A stretch of 64,000 nucleotides of DNA from a virus (taxonomy: Duplodnaviria > Caudoviricetes), in IMG/VR virus record IMGVR_UViG_3300048881_000780; one strand, written 5' to 3'. The position numbers were made by a program, and so were the translations under genes. The notes beneath the pieces were generated by a model. It ran no database searches and was not told the DNA's origin. It saw only the letters and a list, made by a program, of their open reading frames with translations. Each line of letters starts with the position of its first letter. The first letter of the stretch is position 1. Of this stretch, positions 37,251 through 47,976 are shown in pieces.

Positions 37251-37685
37251 ATGAAAATAAAGATAAATTATAGCCCCAAAACAGATTACTTAGAGTTCTT
37301 CTTTAAGAATGAAAGTGGTTATTTTGAAGCTAGTGATTTATCCCCTGGTTCATATACGACCTTTATTGGTGACGATAGTAAAGAAGTCATAGGATACGGG
37401 ATTTATGACGCTGTTAAAATATTAAATACTCTAGATGATATTGATAGTCATATAAGATTCGCTGTATATTCATATTTAATTAAAAAGAAATATAGAATAT
37501 CACAAGAGGAATTCTTCCAATCAGTTAAAAGAGAATATACTTACTGTAGTAACCCACCTATTGAAGAGTTAAAAAAGGCCGTCTTAGTTGCTCCTTATAT
37601 ATACCTTTACAACCACCTTCTATTTTTCCATGGGAGTAAATCTGAGTTTGATGTTAATGATATGATTTTAAACTATAATAATTAA
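37251..37685 (+). CDS. Hypothetical protein
   Basis: ORF. Confidence 0.65.
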   Translation: MKIKINYSPKTDYLEFFFKNESGYFEASDLSPGSYTTFIGDDSKEVIGYGIYDAVKILNTLDDIDSHIRFAVYSYLIKKKYRISQEEFFQSVKREYTYCSNPPIEELKKAVLVAPYIYLYNHLLFFHGSKSEFDVNDMILNYNN

Positions 37686-37839
37686 ATCGCTACTGGGTAA
37701 AACATGGAAGAAGTATTTGTTTTTAAATGTAAGAGTTGTCATGAAAGCTACACAGACAGTGCAATTGGTGAAGATTCTATGGAGTCTGAGTGTGTAAACT
37801 GTGGCCAGTGAAACTACTCTAGTGAAAAGGTTGATTAAA

Positions 37840-38052
37840 ATGAGAAAGGTTAAGTACTTTAAAGATCGAGAAGAAATTTATGAAGATGGGAAATTAGTTA
37901 AAAGAATTAACTATACTCCAGAATTAATTAGAAAGAATGAGTCCATAGCGAACGGAACTTATAAGAAATCAAAGAAGAAGCGCTCATTTAAAAAGAAAGG
38001 CCTTAGAAGAAGTGGCGCCGTCGGATCGGGTGATGAGTTTGGAGTTGGATAA
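37840..38052 (+). CDS. Small basic protein
   Basis: Likely ATG at 37840. Confidence 0.55.
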   Translation: MRKVKYFKDREEIYEDGKLVKRINYTPELIRKNESIANGTYKKSKKKRSFKKKGLRRSGAVGSGDEFGVG

Positions 38053-38053
38053 T

Positions 38054-38851
38054 TTAAGATAGATCCCTCTTTTTAAGCTCTTGAATAATCTCTCTATTTT
38101 GATCAATTATTATATTATTTTGCTTAACCACATAGTCGTTATTGTCCATAGTAAAAACATCAGTAATTGAGGCAACTAAAATTGCAACTCCAAATATTCC
38201 AAGTGTTAAAAGCTGAAAAGAGAACCACACAAGAGTTAAAAATGGATAGTTTGAACTCTCCATAATCTTTTCTGTTAACTCAAATCCCTCACCCATGATG
38301 AGCTTCTGAAGGGCCAAGATACTACTGGTCATATCTGAAAACTCTTCAATGTCACTATAATAAGTATTATTAATTAAACCAAATATTAAAAAGAGAAATG
38401 AGATTATTAGAATAATACCCATTGAAGTTTTTATAGCTTTGTATAGAGACTTCATTATGTGATCAAGATTTGGGATAAAACTAAGTATCCTAAGGAGCCT
38501 TATTAATCTAAATAATATAACAAAAGTTGGGCTATTTAATTCCTTTAAAAAGAAAGTAAATATTATAAAAGTCACTAGAGATACAACAACGATTGTAAAA
38601 TCAAATTTATTCCAGTGATCATCCCAGAACTTAGAAAACCCGTCTCTAAAACTACAACTGCAAGTCATATATTGCTTAACACTAAAAAAAATCTCTAGGC
38701 TAAATAGTCCAATAAAGAATGTCTCTAGAGTTATTAATTGTGAGTTATTTATGACCTGAAATCCATTTAAAATGACCAGAATACTATTAATGATAATTAA
38801 CCATATTATGGCAACTTCATTTAATAGAATCTTCTCCAATTTCTTTATCAT
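38054..38851 (-). CDS. 6-TM voltage-gated-type ion channel (bacterial NaV-like)
   Basis: WNKFDF..V; S4 FRLIRLLRILSFIP; S5-pore-S6; C-terminal coiled coil. Confidence 0.8.
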   Translation of the reverse strand: MIKKLEKILLNEVAIIWLIIINSILVILNGFQVINNSQLITLETFFIGLFSLEIFFSVKQYMTCSCSFRDGFSKFWDDHWNKFDFTIVVVSLVTFIIFTFFLKELNSPTFVILFRLIRLLRILSFIPNLDHIMKSLYKAIKTSMGIILIISFLFLIFGLINNTYYSDIEEFSDMTSSILALQKLIMGEGFELTEKIMESSNYPFLTLVWFSFQLLTLGIFGVAILVASITDVFTMDNNDYVVKQNNIIIDQNREIIQELKKRDLS

Positions 38852-38926
38852 GAATATATTTTAATTATATTTAAGCGTTAATTTATACCACTATGTTAAG
38901 TGATAAAATGTAAGTAGAGGTAATAC

Positions 38927-39958
38927 ATGAAAAAGTACAATTACGAAGAAGCTTACAATATTACACAAAAATATCGGGTTTTATATCGCTTTAAGGGTGA
39001 ATATAATGATTTACATAACTGGATATGCAAGAATGGTTTATCTCAAGAACTATATTCACATATGGATAGAACTGAATGGACTATCGAATCAGCTCAAAAA
39101 GAAATTAGTAAATTTAACAACAGAGATGAGTGTATTAAAAACTGTAGAAGTATTTTTAATTGGGCTTCCTTTACTAATAACAGGATAGAAGTGTTGTCCA
39201 TTTTAGATAAGGTTCGACCTGGTAAAAAATCTAAATGGACTCTAGAAAAGGTAAAAATTGAGGCAATGAAGTATGGTCGATCTATCGATTTTGTGAAAGG
39301 GAGCCCAAGTGCTTACAGATGGGCAGTGAGACAAAAATTAACAAAAGAACTTCAATATAATCCATCTATAAAAACGAAATCCTCTCGTTTTCAATGGAAC
39401 TTAGAGAAAGTAATAGAAGAAGCATCTAAGTATGAATACTGTAGAGATTTTTATTATTCATCTAGAGGAGCTTATTCTTGGGCATCAAAGAGAGGGTTAA
39501 TAAAAGAAATCACAAAAGACATGAAGAGGAAACCACATAAATACAATAATACAACTTTAGAAACTGTTTCTAGAGAAGTCAAAGAATTTAAAACAAGAAA
39601 GTCATTAAAAAAACATAGACCAGATTCTTATCATTGGTTAATTAAAAATAAACTTTTAGAGGAATTGTTACCATCTTCAGCAGAAGAGTGGAATATAGAA
39701 AAAATAATGAAAGAAATTGAGGGGATGTCTACTTTTTTAGAATTAAAAAAGAAATCTCCTTGTGCCTACCGATGGCTGTGTCGGAATAATAAATTGAAGA
39801 TTGTCTCGAATAGGTTTTATGACCTACGATACCAAAAAGTCAAAAAGGAAGCACTTAAATATAAGCAGAGGATTGAGTTCTACAAGGAATCAAACTCCGA
39901 ATATCAGTGGGCCCATAGAAATAATCTTCTAGATGAATTCTGTGATCATATGAAATAA
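38927..39958 (+). CDS. Helical-repeat protein (WT.E.V..EA.KY.....F......AY.WA repeats)
   Basis: About six to seven repeats; resembles the protein at 2-1498. Confidence 0.8.
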   Translation: MKKYNYEEAYNITQKYRVLYRFKGEYNDLHNWICKNGLSQELYSHMDRTEWTIESAQKEISKFNNRDECIKNCRSIFNWASFTNNRIEVLSILDKVRPGKKSKWTLEKVKIEAMKYGRSIDFVKGSPSAYRWAVRQKLTKELQYNPSIKTKSSRFQWNLEKVIEEASKYEYCRDFYYSSRGAYSWASKRGLIKEITKDMKRKPHKYNNTTLETVSREVKEFKTRKSLKKHRPDSYHWLIKNKLLEELLPSSAEEWNIEKIMKEIEGMSTFLELKKKSPCAYRWLCRNNKLKIVSNRFYDLRYQKVKKEALKYKQRIEFYKESNSEYQWAHRNNLLDEFCDHMK

Positions 39959-40143
39959 ATTATTTACTCTGTATTTTCTCTAAAATATGTTTTGGCACTA
40001 TCAATTTTATATAAGAAATCTTTTCCTCTAGATTCTTTATGGCATTATTAATCAAGTCTTGATCATTCTCTATCGTGGAAACGCCACCCCTATATGTCCA
40101 CTCTAATTTCTTAATATCTTTCTTCTTCATTATACTGTCCATA

Positions 40144-40228
40144 TAGCGAGCGTCAGAGTTGAACTGAAATACAGAACTTTCTGTCCTCGGGCCTTATTTC
40201 CTTATGGAATAAAAATACCCTCTCGCCC
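40144..40228 (-). other. Degenerate tRNA-like element
   Basis: Acceptor-like GGCGAG/CTCGCT; T-arm TCAG-TTCAACT-CTGA; non-canonical D and anticodon arms. Confidence 0.35.
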
Positions 40229-40244
40229 ATTAATTATAAAACTT

Positions 40245-42131
40245 TTAGAGCATTTTTTTCATTTCTTCGATAGCGATAATCTCAGTGCCATTCTTCTTTG
40301 CTTTGGTTATTTTACTTGAAGTCCCGTTTACATCCTTTACTACTAGATAACTTAAATCCTTAGTAACAGATGATTTAATCTCTGCTCCAAGTGAAACTAA
40401 TTTTTCTTGAGACTCAGCATCTCTAAAACCAGTAAAGCAAAAGGTCTTTCCTGACAATTTACCGTCACTAACTACTTCAGTTATTGTAACGAACTTCAGT
40501 AGCTCATCGATAAGCTTTTCATTATCTTTAAGACCCTCAATTAAACAATTTGCAGTAATTTCAGCAATGCCATCTACTTTTGACAATTCTTCAACGGTTG
40601 CACCTCTTAAATCTTTTAGAGTTGGATAAACTGTCATGGCCTTTTTAGTAGAAGATGAACCAAAACCATTAATTGATAAACTTTTAATGAATTGAGGAAG
40701 TGCTACACTCTTGCTTTTAAGTTCTAACTCTTTCATTAGCTTATCAACAACTTTAGAACTCATTTTCTCAAGAGTAGAAAATTTCTCTCTATCAACTGTG
40801 TATAAGTCAGCTGGGGTTTCTATTAATTTTGCATCCAGAAGTTTTTCAATAGTGGAAGAGGCCATTCCCTTAACTCCAAGAGCTTTTAAAAAGCCAATAA
40901 ACTTACCAAGCGATTGACTTGGACACTCTTTTGAGTTCGGACAAAATAACTGGGCCTTTGAATCAGTAATTTCTTTATTGATTTCAGTAATATCACGATC
41001 ATCAAGAGTAATTTCATTCTTTCGGTCTACTAACTTAGTTGCGCTTCCACAACTTGGACAGATTCTTGGAATTTCAAAAGGCCCACTCTTATTCTCAATG
41101 AGTGCCCTGATTTTTGGAATTACATCATTTGCTCTAACTAACTCAGCTCTACATCCAGGGCCCAGTCCCATTTTAGCGATGAGAGCGGGATTATTTAAGA
41201 TAACTCTACTAACTGTAACACCAGCTAATTCAGTAGGTTCTAGTAGCCCCACAGGCGTTATAACGCCAGTTTTACCAACTTGCCAAACAATGTCCTTAAT
41301 TATCGTCTCAGAGGCCTGATCGGCGAATTTAAAGGCCCTCGCGGCCCTTGGGCGATTAGATACAATACCTAATTTCTCAAAGTGGACTAAATCATCAGCG
41401 TCAAATACAATTCCATCAACCTCATAAGGTAGAGAGTTTCTATCTTGGGTTGCTTTTAGCACAACCTCTTTGAGTTCACTTCTCTTTACTTTTCCGTAAT
41501 TGGGCATTTCAAAACCAAGCTCTTTTAGATCATTAAATTTATCAAACTTAGAAGTATACTCTTTGTTTTCATCAATAATATCAAAAGCAATACATCTTAA
41601 GTGTTCACAATTTGTTCCATCAAGTTTATTAACCGCTCCAGTCGCAGCGTTTCTTGGGTTCTTTTTATCACTAAAGTGCTTCTGCCAATCTGAGATATGA
41701 AGGATATACTCACACCTTACGACCACTCTACCCTTTCTTTTGATAGTTTTTGGAACATTCATTTTTAGAACATTTGGCGTAATATTATTCCCAACCTCTC
41801 CATTCCCGCCTCTTGTGGCCCCTTGAATGAGCTTTCCATCTTGATAAGTTAACTCACCCGAACTACCATCCAGCTTGTCACTCCATAGGATAAAGTCTGA
41901 ACCATACTTAAGGGCCCATTCGTTTAGTTCATCGACATTATTCTTTATTTTTAATAGAGAACCCATAAAGATACTTAATTTAACCTGAGGCCAGACGCTA
42001 TTATCCTCAATTTCAGTATCAATATCTGAAGCATTTAGGCCAAACATCTCATCATATTGAGAATCACTAATTATTGGATTACCTTCTCTATAGGCCTTAT
42101 CTGCCTGCTCTTTTGTGATTTTCTTAGTCAT
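40245..42131 (-). CDS. ligA: NAD-dependent DNA ligase
   Basis: ISDSQYD, KLDG, ATRG, NPRNAA.G, DGIV, AFKF, zinc finger, HhH, BRCT. Confidence 0.95.
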   Translation of the reverse strand: MTKKITKEQADKAYREGNPIISDSQYDEMFGLNASDIDTEIEDNSVWPQVKLSIFMGSLLKIKNNVDELNEWALKYGSDFILWSDKLDGSSGELTYQDGKLIQGATRGGNGEVGNNITPNVLKMNVPKTIKRKGRVVVRCEYILHISDWQKHFSDKKNPRNAATGAVNKLDGTNCEHLRCIAFDIIDENKEYTSKFDKFNDLKELGFEMPNYGKVKRSELKEVVLKATQDRNSLPYEVDGIVFDADDLVHFEKLGIVSNRPRAARAFKFADQASETIIKDIVWQVGKTGVITPVGLLEPTELAGVTVSRVILNNPALIAKMGLGPGCRAELVRANDVIPKIRALIENKSGPFEIPRICPSCGSATKLVDRKNEITLDDRDITEINKEITDSKAQLFCPNSKECPSQSLGKFIGFLKALGVKGMASSTIEKLLDAKLIETPADLYTVDREKFSTLEKMSSKVVDKLMKELELKSKSVALPQFIKSLSINGFGSSSTKKAMTVYPTLKDLRGATVEELSKVDGIAEITANCLIEGLKDNEKLIDELLKFVTITEVVSDGKLSGKTFCFTGFRDAESQEKLVSLGAEIKSSVTKDLSYLVVKDVNGTSSKITKAKKNGTEIIAIEEMKKML

Positions 42132-42135
42132 TTTA

Positions 42136-42381
42136 TTAATCCTTTCTGAGAGTTTGAAGACTATCGAAAACTATTAAAGATTGTTTCTTCTTTAAATTTG
42201 GAATGGATGCTTTTAGATCATTGAATACTTTATCGATATCACATGACAAATGCGAATAAGAGTTAAGGTTATCCAAATTATTTTTCGTAACCTCACTTAT
42301 AGTCTCAGTATCAATATTAAATGATTTAACTCCAGTTACAAACGCTGTTCCAAATATTGAAAAAACTCTCATCTCACTCAT
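42136..42381 (-). CDS. Hypothetical protein
   Basis: AGGAG RBS. Confidence 0.6.
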   Translation of the reverse strand: MSEMRVFSIFGTAFVTGVKSFNIDTETISEVTKNNLDNLNSYSHLSCDIDKVFNDLKASIPNLKKKQSLIVFDSLQTLRKD

Positions 42382-42442
42382 CTTAACTCCTCTCTTTTGT
42401 ATAGAATAAGTTTAACATTCCAACCTCCAGAAGTAAAGATAT

Positions 42443-42459
42443 TTAACAAATTGCGTTAA
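42443..42459. promoter_or_regulatory. 17-bp palindromic operator
   Basis: TTAACAAATTGCGTTAA. Confidence 0.8.
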
Positions 42460-42506
42460 GAAATAAATTATGTTAAAATAGGTATATATCAAAAAGAGAG
42501 GACTGT

Positions 42507-42872
42507 ATGGGAAATTATTTTTTAGGTCTAATAGTAATTTGTGCATTTAGTGTAGCTCTAAATGTAAATTTGCTTACTTCCAAAGGTGAAACCTCGAATA
42601 TTGAAAAAGTAATATATATAATTAGCTGTGATGATCAACTTAAAGAAGAAGTGTTTGAACACTTTGAAAGATCCTCACACGGCGAGATGTATGCTTCTAA
42701 AAGTGGTGTCGCAACGGATCTTTCAAAATTTAAAGAGTGTCAGGTGGTAACAAGATCATATCTAACAGTTATTAAAGATGAGGGAACTGAATACGAGTCT
42801 GTTATGAATAAGATTAGCGAAAAGAAATCTATCTACTCTAACCCAGATTATACTATACCTATTTCTCTGTAA
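42507..42872 (+). CDS. Putative exported/membrane protein
   Basis: Hydrophobic N-terminus. Confidence 0.65.
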   Translation: MGNYFLGLIVICAFSVALNVNLLTSKGETSNIEKVIYIISCDDQLKEEVFEHFERSSHGEMYASKSGVATDLSKFKECQVVTRSYLTVIKDEGTEYESVMNKISEKKSIYSNPDYTIPISL

Positions 42873-43130
42873 TCATCTAGCTATCTCTTTAAAAGAGATA
42901 GTGCTAAAAGAGAGTATTTTAAAACTCTAAATACAATAACAATCAAAGCGAAGTGATTATCATCACTTGTCTTCTTTTTTAATAATTCTTCTGCCACGTC
43001 TAAAATTGTAATAATAAATAATTCTTCCATGACCATTAAATGGATAAAATTAATTAAAATATTGCTTTTTTCTAAATGAATACAAAGGAACCACTCTAGC
43101 TAGTGATAAAATTGTATAGAAGGAGAGTTT

Positions 43131-43739
43131 ATGAGTGAACTTTATGGGCTAACGACACTGGTCGGAATATTTTTAATTACTCTAGGGGCCATAAAGATCA
43201 TGGAGCTTTTACTTTTTAGAAAGGTTGAAATGAAAATAACTTTCAATGGAATCTCTTATCCAGTTAGAATTGATTATGAGTGCAAACCGCTTTCAAAAGC
43301 TTTCTTTAGTTGGAATAATGAAGAACACTTTATGAATCAAATAAAAAATAACTTAGAATTTGAAGATATGGATATACACAAACTGTCCTCTTTAATGAAT
43401 AACCCATATCACAATTTCAAACTTAAAGAGCTTGAGAGGGTCGGAATTAGAACTGTTGGCAAATTTGGAGAACGTAATGTATCTGGAATATTATTTACAA
43501 GACTAAAAAATAAAGAAAAACCACAAGAAGTCATCCGCATAAGATTTAGATTTGAGGCCAGTATTGATCCTGACTATGTCGCAGTAAAGAAATTTGGTGA
43601 AGTCATGGGAAACAATACGAAGCTAGAAGGTGAGTTTTTTACAAAGGAAGACATCGAAAATACTTTATTAGAAATCATAGAAAAACAATTTCCAAAGTCT
43701 AATCCTAAAGTATCGGTATCAGAAATAGAGGCATCTTAA
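43131..43739 (+). CDS. N-terminally anchored protein (paralog of 14660)
   Basis: TM helix; NPYHNF.LK.LE. Confidence 0.7.
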   Translation: MSELYGLTTLVGIFLITLGAIKIMELLLFRKVEMKITFNGISYPVRIDYECKPLSKAFFSWNNEEHFMNQIKNNLEFEDMDIHKLSSLMNNPYHNFKLKELERVGIRTVGKFGERNVSGILFTRLKNKEKPQEVIRIRFRFEASIDPDYVAVKKFGEVMGNNTKLEGEFFTKEDIENTLLEIIEKQFPKSNPKVSVSEIEAS

Positions 43740-43813
43740 CGAAGGCGAGACAAGTATAAGTAAACGAGGAAACTCATAGAACCCCAACTAGAGCACCTTA
43801 TCGAAAATAGAGC

Positions 43814-43830
43814 TTAACACTTCTTGTTAA
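43814..43830. promoter_or_regulatory. 17-bp palindromic operator
   Basis: TTAACACTTCTTGTTAA. Confidence 0.8.
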
Positions 43831-44042
43831 AAATTATATACAAATAATAGAAATAGTGATATAATGGAGTTGAGTCTTTATTGTATTTTGGCAATAGAGT
43901 CTAACTTAGGTGAAGACCTAGCTCTGCGAATATCACTAGTTGATAGGCAAAACAATTTGAGAATTCATTAATTTTAAAACTAATAATTCTATACTTTGAC
44001 AACTCGCAGACTCAATTAATTTGTATAGTATTGGAGTTAGTT

Positions 44043-44774
44043 TTGAAAAATCTAAAAATCACCAACAAGAATGAACTTATTAAATTAAAAGAAGATTTCT
44101 CGAAAGAGTATAAGAAGTTCTTTAATCAAGATCTCAAGAATTCAAAAGTGGAACAATTTCTAGCACAACTATATGGGGCAAAGAACTTTAATACCCTCAT
44201 GGGATCTTTTGAAAATAGCGAAAATATCGAATTCAAATCTTTTGAAGAATTCCAATTATTTATTGAAGATCAGGAAAACCCATATTCTAAGAGAAAACTA
44301 GCGCTCGTTGAGTATTTTCCCTCTCCTTATATTGAAATAGAAGTTACTGAAAATTATGATAAAAGCGGAAATTTTAATACTAATAGAATTCATTATATAG
44401 ATGGTGACGCAATTGCCGATTGTGAAGAAATTTCTAAATTAAAGGCCTTTTTAAAGAATTTGAAGCTCTCTGGAAAAGAATCTGAGTTATCTATTATCTA
44501 TGCTCGCTTAATGGATTTAGATACTGATTATACGGCCCAGGCGATATTTCAAGGTTACGCTGGTGCAGACTATCTTGAATGGGAAGAGTGTATGAATAGT
44601 ATAATTAATACCTTTAATTTCTATAGAGAGATATTCAGTGGAGACCTCTTCGGTGCTCTAATGTTCTCTATGGATTTTCTATTATTTTGTAATGATGGTA
44701 TGATCAGCGATAGCGTTGTTACCCTACTCGATAATACTTTCACTCATGTCGATATAAATAGATCATTTTCATAA
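44043..44774 (+). CDS. Hypothetical protein (paralog of 63492; Glyoxalase_8-like N-terminus)
   Basis: MKNLKI...KNSKVEQFLAQLYGAKNFNTL; TTG start after GGAG. Confidence 0.7.
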   Translation: MKNLKITNKNELIKLKEDFSKEYKKFFNQDLKNSKVEQFLAQLYGAKNFNTLMGSFENSENIEFKSFEEFQLFIEDQENPYSKRKLALVEYFPSPYIEIEVTENYDKSGNFNTNRIHYIDGDAIADCEEISKLKAFLKNLKLSGKESELSIIYARLMDLDTDYTAQAIFQGYAGADYLEWEECMNSIINTFNFYREIFSGDLFGALMFSMDFLLFCNDGMISDSVVTLLDNTFTHVDINRSFS

Positions 44775-44831
44775 TTTGTGCTCTAAGTGGTGGTAAAATA
44801 TAACTATAATTATCACCACTTGGAGATTTAA

Positions 44832-45230
44832 ATGAGTGAGATGTTAAATGACACGAGACTTCAATTATTGATGACAGGATACAATGACACTGTATTACTG
44901 GTGGTCCTTACTCTGGTACTCATCGGGTTGGGTTTATCCTTCATTCAAAAAAATCAAATTTCATTTCTTGTTCTATTAATTGCGACACCTATGGTGATTT
45001 TTATAAGTATCAAAACTGATCCAGTTTGTTTATCTAAAGCTCCTTTCATGAAAACTCAAGCGATTGACTTTTCAAAATATCTCCATAAATTCCCAGTGTA
45101 TGACTTAAAAAGTAAGAAGTTTGTCAAAGTTGACTATTCTGACTATAAGATAGTCAAGTGTTCCCTGGAAGATTTGGATACAATTAAGTCGAAAACATCA
45201 TTAATAAAAAAGATCAAAGGTCATTATTAA
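44832..45230 (+). CDS. Membrane protein (paralog of 60563)
   Basis: Two TM helices; CLSK...IDFSKY...P.YDLK.KKF...VKCS. Confidence 0.7.
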   Translation: MSEMLNDTRLQLLMTGYNDTVLLVVLTLVLIGLGLSFIQKNQISFLVLLIATPMVIFISIKTDPVCLSKAPFMKTQAIDFSKYLHKFPVYDLKSKKFVKVDYSDYKIVKCSLEDLDTIKSKTSLIKKIKGHY

Positions 45231-45243
45231 CAAATTGCGTTAA
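45227..45243. promoter_or_regulatory. 17-bp palindromic operator
   Basis: TTAACAAATTGCGTTAA. Confidence 0.8.
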
Positions 45244-45269
45244 AACATAAAACACGATAAACTAGATAC

Positions 45270-45461
45270 ATGAAAAATAGTCAAACCTATTCTATTCATG
45301 AGATCTTATTTGGTGAACAAATTCATCAAATGATCTTATCTAACTTGGCCTACTACTTAATGGGGTATTTCTTTCTAATAAGAGAAGCTAGTCTAAGTTT
45401 TTGGCTATGGGGCTTTATTTGCATACTTCTTTCAAGAATTAAGGTGACTAGAGTTAAGTAG
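45270..45461 (+). CDS. Small membrane protein
   Basis: Hydrophobic ORF. Confidence 0.5.
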   Translation: MKNSQTYSIHEILFGEQIHQMILSNLAYYLMGYFFLIREASLSFWLWGFICILLSRIKVTRVK

Positions 45462-45566
45462 AAGTAACGGGGGATTTATGTTGTCAAATTTTAATGATTT
45501 ATTTTATAGCTCATACTCTGGCATTTCTCTACCTTCCCTATATTTTCTTTAAATAAGAGAGACTAT

Positions 45567-45866
45567 ATGATCACTCTAGATGATGACTGCATTTTTATTG
45601 ACGTTGACGATACTCTCATTCAAAAGATGACACCTAATTTCAATCTTATTGGAAAGATTAAGCAGTGGAAAGATGCTGGACGTACCATTATTGTATGGAC
45701 CAGTAATGCTGATGGAGTAAATCACGCTCTAAAGGCTATTAATCTTTGTCAAATAGAATATCTGGTTGATGTAGTTATGCCTAAACCTCGAACGATAGTT
45801 GATGACGATCACTTAGAGTATTACCAGGTAATCGATCCCGATACATTAACATGGAGAGACAAGTAG
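45567..45866 (+). CDS. Minimal HAD-superfamily phosphatase
   Basis: IDVDDTL, WTS, KP...VDD. Confidence 0.75.
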   Translation: MITLDDDCIFIDVDDTLIQKMTPNFNLIGKIKQWKDAGRTIIVWTSNADGVNHALKAINLCQIEYLVDVVMPKPRTIVDDDHLEYYQVIDPDTLTWRDK

Positions 45867-46492
45867 TGAAGCTTATAAAATTAAAAGAAAACCTTTTCCA
45901 AGTAGATTTTGATACTCAAAGAGAATTAACCAGAACAATGCTTCGTTTTCAAGAATTTTATGAGTCTCCAAAATTTAGAGGGAGAGCTTTTTCTTTAAGA
46001 GAATTTAAAGAATGGTATCGAAAAGAAAATGGCGTTTTTAATTATTACTCTTACTGGGAAGGGTTTAATTTTCCTGATTACATTGTAAATGATTTCAGAT
46101 TTGGAAAGTTTAAATATTTAACAAAAAGAGAGATGGACCTACTTAAAATATTACCAATCGGCTTTAAATACTATGTCATTGGAACTTTTAATGGTGGGGA
46201 TAACGATGTTATTGAGCATGAACTATGTCATGCCGAGTTTTATATAAATAGTAACTACGCTAAAGAGGTAACTGATCTCATACTGTCATACAAAAAAGAG
46301 ACACTTCCTCTAAGAGAATTCCTATCTAAAGAAGGTTATCACGATGGGGTACATATCGACGAGATCAATGCATATCTCGTAATAGATAAAGAGTTTCTAC
46401 TTGAAAAAGGGGTCTCTTTCCCTGGAAATCTTCAAGTAGAACTATCTAACCTAGCAAAAAAGTATAAGGTTCTGAAGATTTTAGATCAGTAA
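45851..46492 (+). CDS. Phage-type putative zinc metallopeptidase
   Basis: RFQEFYESP, HELCH, DE..AY. Confidence 0.6.
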   Translation: MERQVVKLIKLKENLFQVDFDTQRELTRTMLRFQEFYESPKFRGRAFSLREFKEWYRKENGVFNYYSYWEGFNFPDYIVNDFRFGKFKYLTKREMDLLKILPIGFKYYVIGTFNGGDNDVIEHELCHAEFYINSNYAKEVTDLILSYKKETLPLREFLSKEGYHDGVHIDEINAYLVIDKEFLLEKGVSFPGNLQVELSNLAKKYKVLKILDQ

Positions 46493-46504
46493 AAAGGAGA
46501 TCAA

Positions 46505-46765
46505 ATGAAATATATTATCTTGTTATTAATTTCCTCACCTGTTTTTGCCATTAATATTCCAGTTAGTCGGGTTTGTTACAAAGTTAAATTAGTTGATTCT
46601 TCTGATGGTGGGACTTTTAGAGGTACCACTTTTTATAGTGGTGAAATCTGTAAAGAGACTTTTATGAAAGAGGCAATATGCTTTAGGAGTGGGTATAGAT
46701 ATGCCTTCTCCATTGATTGTAAAGTATTTGATCAGTACAAGGAAGAGGTTTCAAGTGAGTACTAA
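46505..46765 (+). CDS. Small exported protein
   Basis: Signal-peptide-like MKYIILLLISSPVFA. Confidence 0.65.
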   Translation: MKYIILLLISSPVFAINIPVSRVCYKVKLVDSSDGGTFRGTTFYSGEICKETFMKEAICFRSGYRYAFSIDCKVFDQYKEEVSSEY

Positions 46766-46970
46766 AGTTACCATTGAATTTGATGATGAAGAAATGGCCA
46801 GCGCCTTTGTCGCGAACTTACTCGATGGCGGAGGGGGTCAACTTCTATGTGATTTTAACGAAAAAACAAATGAGCTTGAGTACTTTGATTTTGATAGTGA
46901 TAATTCAATAAAAGATAATAACGGACGCTATAAGACTTTAAGATATAGAAGAGCAAGTGAGGATAAGTAA
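46755..46970 (+). CDS. Hypothetical protein
   Basis: GTG after GAGG. Confidence 0.55.
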   Translation: MSTKVTIEFDDEEMASAFVANLLDGGGGQLLCDFNEKTNELEYFDFDSDNSIKDNNGRYKTLRYRRASEDK

Positions 46971-47914
46971 TGGATACTCAAACTGAAAAAACGGAACTTA
47001 GTTTTAGTTTATCTGGAGAAAATTTCACTAGATATATTCGCGATCTTACTTTAGAACCCAACCTAACTAAAGCATGGAAAGTTTTTCAGCAAACTTTCTT
47101 GGATCTAGATTTAAGCACTCTAAAAGAAGCATTTACTCTAATAATTGATGGCAGCATGGAATTCACTGGTGTTAATAATCTGGAGTTGATTGAATCCGAC
47201 AATTGCTCTCTAATTGAGCAATTTAAAGAAAATCTCTTAATTTCTAAGGAAATTGGACATAATGATAGTTCATTCTTTACTAGAGAGCTTAAAACTCTTT
47301 TATTTATTGGTCATCTTCCTAAAGAAGAAAGGGATGAATTCTTTCTAGATATAGTAGCTGGAGAATTTTCAGATCAAGAATTTGCATGGATTACAGGTAA
47401 TGGTAAATTCATTCCTGTTTCTTATCAGGGACATATAGCAATGCTTGATAGAATTCGAAAAGAAGACCTAGTAGATGAAAAGTACCCTATCGGAGAAAAC
47501 CATTGGATTAAAATTACAACTGGAAATACCATTTTTTGCTTGGGCCAAAAGATTACCGATCAACAGAAAAATACTCTATGTAATTTTTTAAAGTTTAAAA
47601 AGAAAGACTTCTTTAGGTTTAACTCTGAGATTGAGATTATTGGATTTGGTTACGCTAAATTAGCTAATAATGAGGTTGAGCTGATTGACTTATGGGGAGA
47701 TGATCAAGACCTTGATAGAGAGAAATATCTCGAGCGCCCAAAGGGAGCAGTTAAAAGAGTTGATCTCGAACGTGCTCTGGTTCTTTATGGATACCAAGTT
47801 CCCCTATTTACTTATATAGATGGAGAATACAGACGACTTAAGTCCTGCGATTTTCACTATCGTGGAAGCAGGGAGATTTACTGCCAAGTTAGTGATTTAT
47901 ATGGCCACTTTTAG
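46970..47914 (+). CDS. Hypothetical protein
   Basis: Long ORF; WI..NG.F....GH motif. Confidence 0.75.
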   Translation: MDTQTEKTELSFSLSGENFTRYIRDLTLEPNLTKAWKVFQQTFLDLDLSTLKEAFTLIIDGSMEFTGVNNLELIESDNCSLIEQFKENLLISKEIGHNDSSFFTRELKTLLFIGHLPKEERDEFFLDIVAGEFSDQEFAWITGNGKFIPVSYQGHIAMLDRIRKEDLVDEKYPIGENHWIKITTGNTIFCLGQKITDQQKNTLCNFLKFKKKDFFRFNSEIEIIGFGYAKLANNEVELIDLWGDDQDLDREKYLERPKGAVKRVDLERALVLYGYQVPLFTYIDGEYRRLKSCDFHYRGSREIYCQVSDLYGHF

Positions 47915-47976
47915 TAACTGCTTGTAATTTATTCACAGGTTGATAAAAAATCTTTAGGTCGTGGTATTTAGTTTCC

